Shown here one piece after another: positions 50,136 through 64,000 of a stretch of 64,000 bases of DNA. Positions within the stretch are counted from its first letter, which is position 1. Each line of letters starts with the position of its first letter. This DNA comes from Ruditapes philippinarum (lineage: Eukaryota): contig NW_026858607.1 in assembly GCF_026571515.1 (NCBI RefSeq), positions 1 through 64,000 on the forward strand. Reading direction: 5' to 3'. Both the position numbers and the translations under genes were made by a program. Under the pieces are notes generated by a model, which was not told where the DNA came from, ran no database searches, and was given only the letters and a program-made list of their open reading frames with translations.

Positions 50136-53100
50136 ATCATAATAATAATGTAAACAATTAACATTTGCAATTCAAATCATACTTTTCTAAATAAAGAACT
50201 TGTAAATTAAACCGATTACTGTAAAAAGTTAGAAGTTACAATTTCGGTATATATTTCATGTTCTTTGAATTTAGGTCTTCGTAAAATTATAAAAATGACT
50301 ATGTTTCTGAGACACATATCAATAAATAATACGCCTTTGAGAAGCCAAACTGAAGGCAGATAGGAGACAGTTTGGTAAATAGCTTAATTTGTCTTGACAG
50401 CGTTTCATCGATTTGTTTAAGATTAGGGAAGATGCCAGCTTTTATTATTTATTTTAGCCGCTGAAAGTGTAATGTAAGGCAAGATATTTTGTAATGTAAT
50501 CAATGATATAATGAAAACGTAAATACTTAACACAAAGATATCAATTATAAATGAAAGATAGGAAATATTAAAACTTATTACTCAACAACATGTAGATGTC
50601 GAAGATAAGAAGTTAAAATCTGTGATGTTATGTAAAGGTAGTGTTGTTCAGCAAATTCCCCTAATTTCAGTCGATTATGAAAAATATGGTTTAACTTATA
50701 ACTATATTTATTAATAATTTATAAAAATGTCAGACACACCCTCTACATCAAACTATATCCAAAACATTCACATCTATATTCTCCAAGTTTTTTTTCCTTA
50801 AAGTGTTCTCATACATGACTTAGTTCATTGTTCAACTTTCATCTGATGCATTGCATGAGTCACAGAGATATGAAAATAACTTGTTGTTGTCGGTTTGTGG
50901 AATTCATTGTTCAAACCCTCTTTATAGATAATTTTATAATGACATGAAAAAAATGAAGAAGAATTTGAGATTCCATACGACAGAAACTACAAAAGCAATG
51001 ACTTCTACATGTATTGGTATTTTTTCACAGGGAAAATCTGCAAAGAGAAATGTTTAAATATTTACGTGGCAGCACATTGTTCTTGTTTTGTCTAAACCAA
51101 GAATATTTTAGATTTATTATTAGCGTTGTTTATTTGTCAAACATAACGATATAAAAATACTATTGCTTGCGACAGGTAAATAGAAAATATATTGATTTGT
51201 TTCAAAATCTTCTTTAGTTATATTGAATTCAAAAGAATGACTTAATTTTATTCATTGCGCTAAGGGTTTGATTTGAAAGACAAGCTGACACACTCTATAC
51301 ATGTACTTGGAATCAATTTTCGTCTTGACAAAAGCATGAATACTCTTAAATCGTAGCTAAGCATGTAAGTTATAAAGAATAAAAAGCATTGCGATTAAAT
51401 AAACACATGTCATTACTATCTACATCTCATTTAGTGTGATACAAGCTTTCGCAAGACCATAAAAGTGTTATAAAAGCTATCATAGTACAACCAATTGTCT
51501 TTCAAACCTTGATATGTCGTAGGTGCAAAATATATGGCGGTTAGACTTCAAAGACTATATGAACGTGAGATTTACAATAAAAACAATGTTTTGATAACAA
51601 GTAAATACGTTAATCAATCTGGATATCTATGATATGCCTGCATTGTACATGAAGATATAATTTGGTCAGCAGGTCATAACAAAAGAAGCAGTAAATTATT
51701 TCAAAGGACTGTAAGACCTGTTTAAGGAATATCGTTAAAACAACACATGATTTAATAGATTTGCATTAAATAAGAACATGCCCATCGATAAGAATATGTC
51801 AAACACTGAAGATAAACAACATGATCATATTTTTTTATAAATAATATATTTTGTACTATTTAAATCCATGCACATTCGAAAACTAAAACATACAGTCTGT
51901 TTGACATCATGATAATTTGAATTTCAAAGTAAGTAAGCTGACATTTTCTTGCAACAAGGAAATATTTGTCATCATCCTTAATGCTGATTTGTGGTTTTAG
52001 TAAAAGCATTAGGGACAGGAAAACCGATTAGAAGACACTTTAATGGTTTCCACTAATGATGCTTACTTTGTGAAGCCGAGCAACAAGCAATGAATAGCAA
52101 AGAAGAAAAGTCAATAAGCTTACGTCTCATTTTGAGTTGCAATCAGCCTTAGGAGAAGAAAACGTATATTAATTTAAGATGTCTGAACGGAAATAATGAA
52201 TGTCGTTGTTCAGTAAAGTATGGTCTGTATTAACTATTTACCAAAAATATCTAAGTATTTATAAATTAACAGTATTTGAAAGGATTTTCTAACATGATGA
52301 TGAGGAGGGTGTCGAAAGCGTCTTCGATAACAAATTTGTACAGAATTTGGAAAAAAATATTTAAAATTTGCTCATTTATAATCGTCTTTCCCATAATATT
52401 TTTATGATGAGATATTTCTTAAGCAATTAAGACATTCAGATCATAAAAATGAAATATTAATTATTATAAAAACTGAAATGTTTATAACACCGCAACAGCA
52501 GTTTTGAAAGTATAGATTACATACTGTAGAATTAACAAAAAAATCACAACAACAACAAAACAACAAACAAACAAACAAACCCCCGAGATATATTTATCTC
52601 TTTTTATCATTTTTTTCAACTATATTTCACTTAAACTTTCACAGAGGCATATTCATCAAATGTGCTAATGCATCTTGTCGGGATTGGTTGTCAGATATTT
52701 TTGGTGATAAATACAGTATAGCGTTTTGTTAAAAAACCCAAACAAAACAAACAGAGAAACACTCTTCAGTTCTCAACTCCTACTTCACGCCTCAAGCAAT
52801 CTTAGAAAAATAAAAAATACAAATTAGTATTCATCTATGTATATATTGCAAATTACTGACAATATTCACCAGGGCACCGGATAACGAATCTTCTGTGAAA
52901 AACCTGATTTCAGCGTTGTTATTTTATTAGTGATTTAATGTTAATGTTAATTTTCAAAAGATCAGTCTGTACCTGATTACATCAATATCCTATAAAATTG
53001 GCAAATGATTATCATATACATGTACGAATGAGTATCTGCTCACAAGAAGGTAAACATAACAATGTAGAATATTATTATCATACAATTATAAATGTTTCAC

Positions 53101-56100
53101 TCCTTCACAAAGCAATAGACATTTCGTTTTCATACCATAGCTGTAATATTCATTTTTCTCTTGAAATAAAGGCTAACATAAATATTTTCTGAGACAGATA
53201 TCACATGTATTTTTAACTATTGTGGCAGTTTGTAAATTGTCTAATCTAGATTACAAGTAAAGCATCGATCTGTTGTCGATGTGGAGAGATGTCTCCGGAG
53301 ATAAACATCTTAACATTTAGTTTTATGTCTGTAACAGTGTAATGTGCTAGCAGGTTCCTGTATTTGAACATTTCACATAAGGTTCCAATAAAGAAAATAT
53401 TTCCAAACAATATTGAAGATACGATCAAGAAAAGTGAACTCGACAAATTGCTCGGTAAACTCGCGAAACTGTTGAGTTAAAATTCTCACTCTAACTTTAG
53501 TTTGTGCCTTATAGTATATAAGGTGCATTTTATTACTGTAATAGAATGATATATTTTAAAGATGCAATCTAAACAGGCGACTTTGTTTAATAAGGTTTGC
53601 TTTCTTTCGCAAAGATAAAACCAACAAATAGATATGAAACACATTAGTGTTCAGTTACATCGGAGTGTATACCTCAAACCATTTGTTTAAATTGTAAAAC
53701 ATCTTAAATGTCTGATGAGGATTTATATTTCTGTGCCTTTCGAAAGGAATTGATATCCTTTGGTGATCCCATTGGTGATTATGTTTCTCGAGAATCATAT
53801 GATTTTATACGGTTAAGTTATCTGCTCATGCTACAGTTAAATATTATCGCAGAATATCACCAGAATTTTAGGAAATGTCACTTGCCTACCGAAAATCGAA
53901 ATTATACCGAATGATATGCATTGTTGTACTTATAAGAGCCGACAAAAAGCCAAAATGTCGCTCAAAACGAATGAGCTTGAAAAATAAACAATTTTGTGAA
54001 ATAATCTTGATGAGGGATAAAGTGTTTTGTCTTCGCAGCCGCATGCGGCTATTGATTTTTTTTCAGTTCGATTAAATAAAAAATATATTGGCCAGTTTTC
54101 TTACCGCGTTGGAAATCATGTCAGGTATCCGCCATTTATTGCACAATTCGCGTTACTTATTGCACGAATCGTGCGTTATTTTCACATTCCGGCGTTACTG
54201 GATATACACGGTGAAATACATTCATTTGACATAAATTCAACAAGAGAAAAACACCATATACGTTACTAGTTATGCTTTTCGTTATTTGATTTTCCTACTC
54301 TTTATCCACTTAAAAAAACTACCTAGGTTGACCATAACTATAAGGATTTTTAGGATCCCTCTCGCCAAATAAAATGTACGAAATTGCAACATTCAGGTAA
54401 TTTCTATTCGGAGTGGGGATTTCCATGTGTCTTGTATTGCCGGGCATTTAAACATAAACTGTAATTTGTTACTATTCTAGTTTTTAATGACTGTTTAAAA
54501 ACAGTTTCGATCTTTGATGTTTGACAGTTATAAATGAGAGAACATAACAGTCTCGATTGGTAATGTAAATTTTGTGATTTTTTTATTTTGATTAAATTAT
54601 CAGCTGATATTGTATGGTATTGTCGCACCGAACGAGTTTGGAATAACTCATTTAAAAAGATACGTTTCCTTTAATCGAATATTGATACAAATGTATTCAT
54701 CTTTTAGTGAATATATTCATTTTCTGTTACCGTAAACTGAAGGAACAAACAGTTCATTTTATAGACAGAACATGTTTTTCGCTGTAACATTGACGTATTT
54801 GCCAGCCTTCTTGGTGTTGATTTGTGATTTTATAATAGCATTATAGACAGAAAATCTGATTACAAGACATTCTACTGGATTCCACTCAAATGCTTACCAA
54901 TGTGGAGCCTCATTTGCAATTTTGCTACTTCTAAAGCAAGCAATGAATATCAACGAATTTAGTTCAATCACCTTACATCTCAGTGGGAAGTACAATAATA
55001 CGTAGATAAAAAAATAATTTCAAATGCCTTAAAGGAATAAATAAAGATTGCATTAAATCGGCGTTGTATTCACTTAGTTACATCTAAATAACTATTGAAA
55101 TTAACAGTCTTTACTTTAAAACATTCTGGAAATGACAGTGACCAAGATTACTAAGTGTGTGTAGAAAAGTAGTTTTAGGCTCACTTGTTTACAATTAATA
55201 AACGATGATAATAATATATAGCTGTACATGTTTTACTTGAGTTGAATAACCAATTATCACCTATTAGCATGTTTTGAGATAAAGTAGGGAATAAGAGACT
55301 CATAATATATTTCAGGAAACTTGTTTATTAAGTTGAATATCTGGCTATCTTAGTGACATATTTACACATGGCTTTAATAACATCATTTCTTGATATTCGA
55401 TGATTTACCGTCATCAAAAAGTGTGTGTCTTGTGCATTCGGATTAAACAGAATTAAACAAATATTGCTTATGCATTGAAAAGAACAAATTCAGAAGTGAA
55501 TTACTTTGAAATGGTTCGCGTCTAGGTAATTTAAAACGGGATTCGAACTAAATTCTACAAAGGGCAAGCGATTTGAACTCGATGGCTATAAGCACTCGAC
55601 CTAGAAATTAAACCTAATTCATATAATGTCTGCTGTATGTAGAACATAAATTAATATATACACAAAAAGAGCACTAGAGCACTAATATCAAATAAGTATT
55701 CATCATTCACGAATACGGCAAATAAAATACTTTAAAACATATAATTTAAGAAACTACACTTTTTCAGCAGATAATATTTTCTATACTTGTCAATCTTGAC
55801 TTAAATAACATATTGAGTGTTGAATTTTCATACAGTCCGGAATATTGACAATCGGTAGCTTATTCATGTGTTATCTATAAAATTCATAAAACATAACGAA
55901 GTATATAATAAGACTTATAATAATTGCAAAAATACTTTATCATCATTAATTTTCAATACCTTTTAAAGATTTCTGTTCGTTAAGTTGTAAAAAAGTAACT
56001 ACATATTTGTGTAAAATTGACCTTTAAAATAGGTAATAAATCATCCGTTTTCCTTCAAGATTGAGATAAATATAAATTCTGTTCATATTATTATATTTTT

Positions 56101-58554
56101 AGGGAGTAAAATCAAAGGGAAAATGTGCTACACTTAAAATTACGTGTGTCAAGTAATTTTTATTTAAGTCGTAATGAATAATATGAGGCCAATCGCACAA
56201 TGACCTTTCAAGTCATAGCTGAACAATTTAATACTGAACAATTTAGTACAAAAGGATTGTGAACATGCCGATATAATAATGAATAGCGCCGCAGTCCGTC
56301 TTGTATATAAATAACATCCTTTAACATGGAGTTCCTGTGATAATATCGATCAACAAACGCTGGAAAAGCAGTGGAAGCCTTTGACCTGCAATGAATTGAA
56401 CGTAATTTGATTACCGTTTTCTTTGGATGTTACGCAGCCGTAGACTGTTTTTATAATTGTTTACATATCTAAATACATGATGCGTAATTTACATTTTGTG
56501 AAAGGCCTTTTTCTCATTCATTAGCCACTAATCCTGTCTAAGAGGAACAATGACTCCTAATCTTGAATCATTAGTTTGCTCCAAATACATAAATTTAAAA
56601 AAAAGATTTAATACAAATTCGTCGTTTATGTAAAAACGATTCATTAAAAGTGTTCAGCAAAATAACTTTAAATGTATATCATAGACAATTTTGATAATAT
56701 ACTTATAAGTTTGTTTCCATTTGGTTTTTATGTAATTTGATTCAGCTTTCTACAACTGATGTTCTCAAAATACGTAAATGAGAAATACACAATTTCTCAA
56801 TAGTAAGGATTTTTATGCAACAGAATGATTAAGTGACGCATATAATACCTATTAGTATCATAATTTAAAACACTGTCTTATTTAAATTCATACTTTTAAG
56901 TTCATAACTTAACTAAACTAAAAGGTGTACTATAAAATTGGCATTGAGAAAGCAACAACTTATGATGGCAGACGAATATCGGTAATGGAGTGCTCTTATG
57001 TATACAATATCGTGTGCAATTTGTCGCCGTTCAAATTCTAAAACTGTTGCTTCATTGCTTTATTTGCAACTTTGATATATCACCATCATAATAACCATTC
57101 TTTTGACACATTGTGTCATCCTAAGTTTTTTTTTACTGGAAATATAGCAAGGGAAAGAGTGTCAACAAAGTATGAAAAGGTTATTAACAATTTCAGTGGG
57201 CGGTTAGTCAATATAAAAGATACACGTTGACTTACATTGCTGCGGTGCCTAACCGAGAAAAATATCTAGATTAATTCATATTGTAGGCTTAAAATATATC
57301 ATATTCAACAAAAAAAGTCGTAAGTTATCAAAGAAATACTGTCTTTTTGCTATCCCGAGGGAATTGACCTATATAAAATACTTTATAACAAGTGTTTGAA
57401 GTAAAGAATCTCCTCAACTGCTGAATTGCTCAAACCATATTAAAGAAAAAAACATTTTCATCATTGTTTGAAATCTTCCCATATACTGCAAGTTTGACTT
57501 TATGTTCTGAATCCGTAGATGTATTGCTGTTGAATATAATTATAAACGGTCGTCAAATTCACATAAAAAACAATATTTCGATCGTGGAATTTCTTTACTA
57601 TATACATGTATGTGTAGAAAATGTATTGAATTAGTTTGTATTGCGGGCTTTAATGAGACAAACAAGAAAATATTGTAATGAACTAATGATAGCCATAAAA
57701 AGTAGAATAACACCAAGTCCTCAACAATCTTTATTTAGTATCCAGATGGTACGTTAATATCCATGGCAATACATGCATTACTTAATTCATGAAAATGTAC
57801 AACGTTGTTAAGAAGCTCCTGGTTTCACATTTACCAATATAAGTCATTCTAGTAGTCATACGATATTTTAAAGTCAGAAAAAACGAAATCTTTCATGAAT
57901 AAGAGAAGATAAAGTAAAGGTTGTAGGGAAAAGCTTTAATCAAATTCGGCAAGTAATTATATTGGAACTGGTCAAATACGTAGTTTTGATTTTTGTACTG
58001 GAAGGTCTTATTTTATATTTGAGCAAGAAACATTTAATTTCAATATTGTATCGTAATTTTAGATGATATGTGTTTTTACAAATAGTTTAAATTAATTTGA
58101 AACCAATATTTTGCCGTGTTGAACTTCCTTTAAAGATTCTGTTTTTCTCTATTTTATTGAAATGAAAAATGATATAAGGTCCTAATAGCGTTATTAAGTC
58201 TGATTTTTTGAAAATAATTCGGTCTGATAATAAATTTTTAACCGTTATACCAATGAATCTATATTATGTATAGATCAGCAAAAACGAATATGACAAAAGC
58301 AAAAATTGTTATTTCAATTTGGAAGATTTGTTATATGAAACACGTAACATTTACTTTTTTAAGGCTCTCTCCTATAAATTTTACACAAAATGGATTTGGT
58401 TTGATCAATTGCACCATTAGAAATTTGAAAAAAAAAACAAAACAACAACAGTTTCATACTGTTAATTATATTATAATAAGAACATTAAAGTGCATGTTAC
58501 AAATAGAGATAACAATGAAAAAAATCTGGAAACAAAGTGATCCCTCGGAAGCAT

Positions 58555-58965
58555 TATTCTTGCATATCAGACTGGCGTTTCCGTTAGTTTTACCCATGCC
58601 GGAAATTTCATCTGGCATAGGGGGTGCCAGATGAGTCGCGTGCTGTACAATGGCACGCTTAGGATGACGTCATTTTACCGTTATGAATGAAGTTGTGTAA
58701 TTCATACGCTGTTGTAAGAAAGAAGTTACGGTTGTATGATATAAATTTCCATTGAAATTAAAGATAAAGAATTTAAAATATAATGAAATATGGTAGAATA
58801 TGCAAGAAAAAATATCTGACATATGTTTGCGGTTCGGATCGGAATATCCGTCCCTCGGTCACCCGCCCATGGGCGGTAACTCGGCAAGCCTCGTACCGCC
58901 CAATGGGCGGGTCACCTCGGGTCGGATATTCCGATCCGAACCGCAAAATATGACAGATATTATTA
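58555..58965. mobile_element. Non-autonomous element with ~150-bp GC-rich terminal palindrome (possibly Crypton-like)
   Basis: 58811-58961 near-perfect inverted repeat around CTCGGCAAGCCTCG; body bounded by TTCTTGCATAT / ATATGCAAGAA. Confidence 0.6.
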
Positions 58966-59551
58966 ATTACAACAAAATTACAAGAGAATTAATGAAGTTT
59001 TATTTGTATCCACAATAAGAATTAAAAGAAACCCCTGATAATTTGACGAAAAAGAGCAATAAAACAACTTGTTCTTAAAATATCGAAAACATGAGCATTG
59101 TTCAACATATAACATTACAAAAATAAAATATTGCTTCAAAGTGATTTTCGAGACATTACATTCATTCTCCACTACTGAGATGCAAACGGGTGATAATTTG
59201 TAAATTGTCTAATCTGTCTTGACAGCTGGCCATCGATCTGTTTTCAATGTGGAGAGATGCCTCTAAAGATAAACAGCTTATTAAGTTTGTGTCTGCAAGA
59301 GTGTCATGTTATAGCAGGTTTCTGTATTTGCATCTCTGATGTGGGAACCTCTCAAAAGAAACCTCTCCTGGGAATTAGCGTCATTTTAAAATGAATTGGA
59401 TACGTGAAGAAATATAAAATACAGGAATGAGAAATTACTGTCCGACTGGTCGATTTAAGTCACTAGTGATAAAAATAAATGTTTATCGAGAATATATGTT
59501 TTCATACGGTTAAAATCTCATCTTAAACTTAAGTGAAATTTTATTGTTTTT

Positions 59552-59882
59552 AGATATACTATGCTCAATTTTGTTATTTAAAATAACACTGTCTTTTTGC
59601 GAAAAAAAATGTTTTGACTTCACACAAAGTGGATATGTTATGTTTAAAATCCTACATACTATAATGGACACACTATGAATATAAAGTGCCATTAAAAAAA
59701 CTAGCAGTTATTTAAAAAAAGATCAGCTTTTAATTACTTGACCCGTAATTAGAAACACAGATTTCCATTATATAGTTTCTACGTTCTTAGTTTCCAGATT
59801 TTTATTTAAATAAGACATATTCAATAAGAATTTTAGAGATTTCAATAAATTTCTGCACTAAATATATCTTACTAGTATATCT
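59552..59882. mobile_element. Kolobok-like MITE, copy of 9847-10201
   Basis: AGATATACTA...TAGTATATCT ends and shared interior. Confidence 0.55.
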
Positions 59883-60234
59883 GCTCGTGAATGGCTTATA
59901 TTTCTCTTGTATGTCTTTCAATGGGGTATTTTCTGTCTTGCAAGACAACTGTTTAAGTAATATTGAATCGTTCATGTAATTGATATACGAAACGGCACAT
60001 TCGAGTATATACTGATTTCATATTCACTTACAAAAGTTGGTTAATATTTAAATAACCAAAAGTGCATTGGACTGCAACTATCTAATTAAAACAAGTAAAT
60101 GTGCTTTAAATATATATAATTTAATAGACATACTGAAAATGACTTGTTAGAAAACGTTTTACTAAGCACTTACATGTACCCATGGAACATCATTATCAAC
60201 AGAATCTTATCAAAGACTTTCCAAACCATGCATA

Positions 60235-60750
60235 TTTGGATTTCCTATGACCTCTTATCCACTTTCAAAATCCCATTTTAATCAATTCCGCCAATTGAAA
60301 CTTAAAACTTGAAAACTTGATTTAACGCCTATTTCTACATATAGAATACATATTCAATGGCGTTGTACAGCTATATACCTTATATGTGCTACTCCCAGTG
60401 CTACCATACACAAAAACCCCACAATTGTTTTCACGTTTAAGGCACATATGACAAAACATTATGGAATGGCACGAAAGTGACACATTGATGTTTCCATGAC
60501 CACACCACCGCTGTATGAACATATTTGCTGATATTTCCAAATTCAAATTTCATTTCTGGTCTTTCGGGACCATTGAGTCCAGCACTAACTTATAAGTGAT
60601 GAGAACTGCGTATCGTTCAAGCCGGTGCTGAGGGCGTGATGAATGTTGCACTTTTTCATTATCCCTCATGTACAGACTCAATCAAACCGAGTCTGCAATT
60701 TTCATGTAATTTGCTGTTTTCAATGCATCCGAGGGATCACGTTTTTGCTT
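60235..60750 (+). repeat. Structured repeat subfamily B copy
   Basis: ATGGAATGGCACGAAAGTGACA..., GCCGGTGCTGAGGGCGTG..., CAGACTC-AATCAAACC-GAGTCTG, ends CCGAGGGATCAC. Confidence 0.8.
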
Positions 60751-60875
60751 TTGATGGTTATTTGTGAGATATAGAATTGAGAAAAAGCATATTTATTATA
60801 ATTTTAACATTCTTTTGACAAATTATGTGATTTACTAATACGCCTTCGATATGATTGCCGAAAAAGCTGATCTAC

Positions 60876-61140
60876 ATAAAATAGAGAAAAACAGAATCTC
60901 TAAAGAATACCCAACGCGACAAAATTGAAAATGTTGCAGGCTTGGTTTTATTAAGCCTGTTCATAAAGATGTTTTCTGATGATGTATACCAGTTTGTCTT
61001 CTTTTGCAATTACTTCTTTTAAATGGCGTTATGCTTTTAAACTTGTAGTACTTCTTGCAAAACAAAATCTGGAAACTAAGTGGTCCCTCGGAAGCATTAA
61101 TCACAACAAAAGTACATGATTGAGTCTGTACATGAGGGTC
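60876..61140 (-). repeat. 3'-end fragments of family A (60876-60965) and B (61060-61140)
   Basis: ATAGAGAAAAACAGAATCTCTAAAG..GCAGGCTTGG; TCTGGAAACTAAGTGGTCCCTCGGAAGC..GAGTCTGTACATGAGGG. Confidence 0.75.
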
Positions 61141-61454
61141 TCCGCTGGAATTTAGATGATTAATTACAATATTGTACATGAAAAGATGTATACCAATAGC
61201 TTTATTTAATATAAAGTATTTAGATGATAATCATTATATTGTACATGAAAAGATTTATGCCAAAAGCTTTATTAAATATAAAGTATTTTGCATTCCCTTT
61301 GTTCAATTTATCAATAGCAACTTACTGAAAATACTACTTTACGTTTCTTTGATACATCTTTTTGTATGCGTTGGATGGAATTCGTTATTTAATGATTAAA
61401 GTTACAAAAAAATGATATGCAACATTACTATATTCATCATATTAAGGAGCCGTA

Positions 61455-61790
61455 ATAAGAATCCCTAAAGAATGCCTAACACGGCAAAATTGAAAATTTT
61501 GCAGGCTTGATTTGATTGTACTGTGCTGGTAAGTGCAAGTTACCGTCCATGCCCCTAGTACCGGCAAACAGTATTCAATATATATATAAAAAAACATAAA
61601 AAGGTAAAATTTTGAAACAACCGCAGATGTGTTCATATGGCGGTTATCATGAAACCTCCAATGTGACACGTTAGTCCCATTCCGTGAAAAGCGGCATATA
61701 GTCCCCAAGTAAAAAAATGGGTGTGCCCTAAACGAGAAAATAATTGGCGGAACTAAATTAAATGGAATTTTGAAAGAGGATCATAGGTGA
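61455..61790 (-). repeat. 5'-truncated family A copy
   Basis: Reverse complement of ~32855-33200. Confidence 0.85.
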
Positions 61791-64000
61791 CATTGGTTGT
61801 CCCTGCGTCTTTCAAAATTTGTTAGGAAAACGACATTTCCAAATATAGATTTCCCTTGATGGAACGATTCTTATTATTCACTGAATTCGTATCACAACTT
61901 ATGTAATTGAAACCTGTCAAAACTGTTAATTCATTGCCATTACTATCAGAACATAATACCATCGCAAACTAATTATTGCTATGCAACATAAACGCCTTTG
62001 CAATCTTTCTTGCTGTTGCTTGTGTGATTTTAAATAAATATCATTTTTGAACCTAGATAGCAATTTTGATTCTTCTGTAGCAACGAAGATAATTTAATCA
62101 GCTTATCTCATTTGCAATTGCAATCAGACACGGGAAATTTACGCTATAAAATTGACGACAGTTAAGTCACGTGTTTGCGCCGTATCCATTTAGTAATTAT
62201 TTTAATATCGGTTACAGCAGAAGTATCTTAACGCATATTCTAATGGTGCGGTACGTGATTGATGACTATGACGACATAAACTTTTCTAAAGTCAATTTGT
62301 TACCACAGAAGCATTCTCAATTTTAATTGTGATTTGAAAAAGACTGTTGATTGTCTTATTCTTATATATAAATGAATAAACATAAATAAATAATAAAATG
62401 AAATAATTTATCTATTTTTATTAATCATATACTAAAGAAAATGACAAACTGGTTATAATTCCATTGAAATGAGGTCCAGTTTTATGTATACAATCAAATT
62501 AAACAAATTATGATTGCAATAAATTACATAACGACATGTGTTCCTGTGATTTCTAGCTAAATTAAGTTTTATTTTGCTCGTCTCAGATATTTATATAAAT
62601 TACCAAGATCAATCTCTATAATTCTTACATGAAAATAGGAATTGTCAAGCAGCGGTTAACGTTCACATAAACTTCTTGGTAAATATTTTAGAAAATTTGA
62701 GTAAGTGTTATCAAAGGAAATATTTTTCTTTCTTTTTTGAACTTGCAATGACCCGATAAGGACGTTAAATGGCCATATTTATTGTTCGACTTATCTTGCC
62801 TATGGACACAATGTTGGGGAATATGCGTAATACTACTATATTCAATAAACAAATCTGTCAAATTAAGGGTGGAAGTTAATGGATGGACGCCATTATCCTC
62901 CTTAAAATGATCACAATTATGTCCAAAACATGACCTTTTAATCACAACAAATAAATAAGACAGAAATCAATACGCTGTTGTTACTTAGAAAATTTTTTTA
63001 GATACCAAGACACAAATAGCTAAACGAGCATTTTATTTGTCCGATTTAATTTTTTTCCTACAAATGGTAATTGTTGGCAAAATTTGACTATTTGAAAGAG
63101 GTGATGAAGGTGTTAAAACTTATTCTATTTCACATTTTCTGCTTTCTATTTTGTATTTACTTTTATTAGAATGTCATGCTAGAAATATCGCTAAATATTT
63201 AATGCTGAATAACTATGTATCAATGACTTCCCGCTCATGTATATCGAACATTAAACAGTATAATGCATAGTATGCGTTATTGTAACTGTCGACGAAAGAC
63301 GCAAGTCACCTAAATACGATAACCAGGTTTTTATTCTCACGAATGGTATTGAAAGCAAAACATTTCCTTGAAATAGTGTATTTTTTGTAAATAATATCTT
63401 TTAATTTAATTTATTGTAAACTAGTTGCCTGTTTACTTACCATGTTCCTCATTTTGGAGATAGATTTGCATAGTTCGGCTTTCCTTTTGAACAATTCCCG
63501 CATTATTTTCATAATCCTGCGTTACAAGATATACACGACATCAAACGAGGCAATGTGTACATTTGTTTTTCTAGTTATATCTTTACACTTTGCAAAATTA
63601 GATTATGGACAAACCGATGAGCGGCACCGCAGAGAATTTCTTGTATTATGCTTATATCTTTTAACATTAAGTTCCTGCGGAATGTCGATCAACAAACGCA
63701 TCTAGTTAAAGCATTGTGTCTGCAATGAATGGACCGAATTTGATTTCCGTTTTCTTTGGATGTCACCAAGCCTATTGTTTACATTAATTTTCTATACATT
63801 TCAGAATAAATTATACTTTTTCTAGATATTGTGAATGATTTAGGTTATTCAATGGTGACTTAAAGTGAATTAAACGAATTGCTCTAAATTTGCTTTTAAT
63901 ACATCAGTATAATGCTTTAATGAAACGGGACGTATAGTGAAAAGATTTATTAAAATAGAAAATATAGGATGCATCATAATATGAATTGTATAATTATATT

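Larger units (their letters stand above)
47700..63800 (-). pseudogene. Tandem array of decayed paralogous coding segments of unidentified family
   Basis: Segment X ~47740-47870, 50360-50440, 53225-53375, 59190-59335; Z ~51960-52150, 54795-54985, 62010-62130; Y ~56240-56450, 63600-63780; same order and strand, synonymous-biased differences, stops and frameshifts. Confidence 0.55.

Noticed and set aside
55500-55605. tRNA gene on the minus strand
   Set aside because: Only degenerate box A/B remnants and no cloverleaf; more likely a decayed SINE head.
59195-59290. Plus-strand CxxC-x7-CxxCG zinc-ribbon reading of segment X
   Set aside because: Probably an antisense shadow: cysteines are not kept in other copies and the equivalent plus frame of linked segment Y has a stop in both copies. 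Not fully excluded.

Overview
AT-rich, intron-containing animal genomic DNA; the repeat content (Meta-type tRNA SINEs, pearl/HINE-like elements) suggests a bivalve mollusc (inference). Two spliced genes were reconstructed by hand. (1) The 3' ~20 exons of a receptor (natriuretic-peptide-receptor-like) guanylyl cyclase on + (<1-13968), with a 5'-truncated L1/Tx1-type LINE whose 15-bp target-site duplication copies a splice donor, and a possible in-frame TGA just before the transmembrane helix. (2) A complete 5-exon gene on - (43678-31852) for a 199-aa secreted Kazal-(Thr-rich mucin linker)-Kazal protein. The rest is LINE fragments, SINEs, MITEs (Kolobok-, Harbinger-, Helentron/HINE-like), long-hairpin elements and a tandem array of decayed paralogous coding segments (47.7-63.8 kb). 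The most unusual signal is a ~630-nt non-coding repeat family (about a dozen copies, two subfamilies). It has many hairpins with compensatory base changes and one-strand G-U wobbles, a fixed 3' end, variable 5' truncation and recurrent head-to-tail junctions. This is consistent with a structured-RNA retroposon copied from a circular or template-jumped RNA, but no canonical hammerhead is visible. All alignments and translations were done by eye; novelty is unverified.
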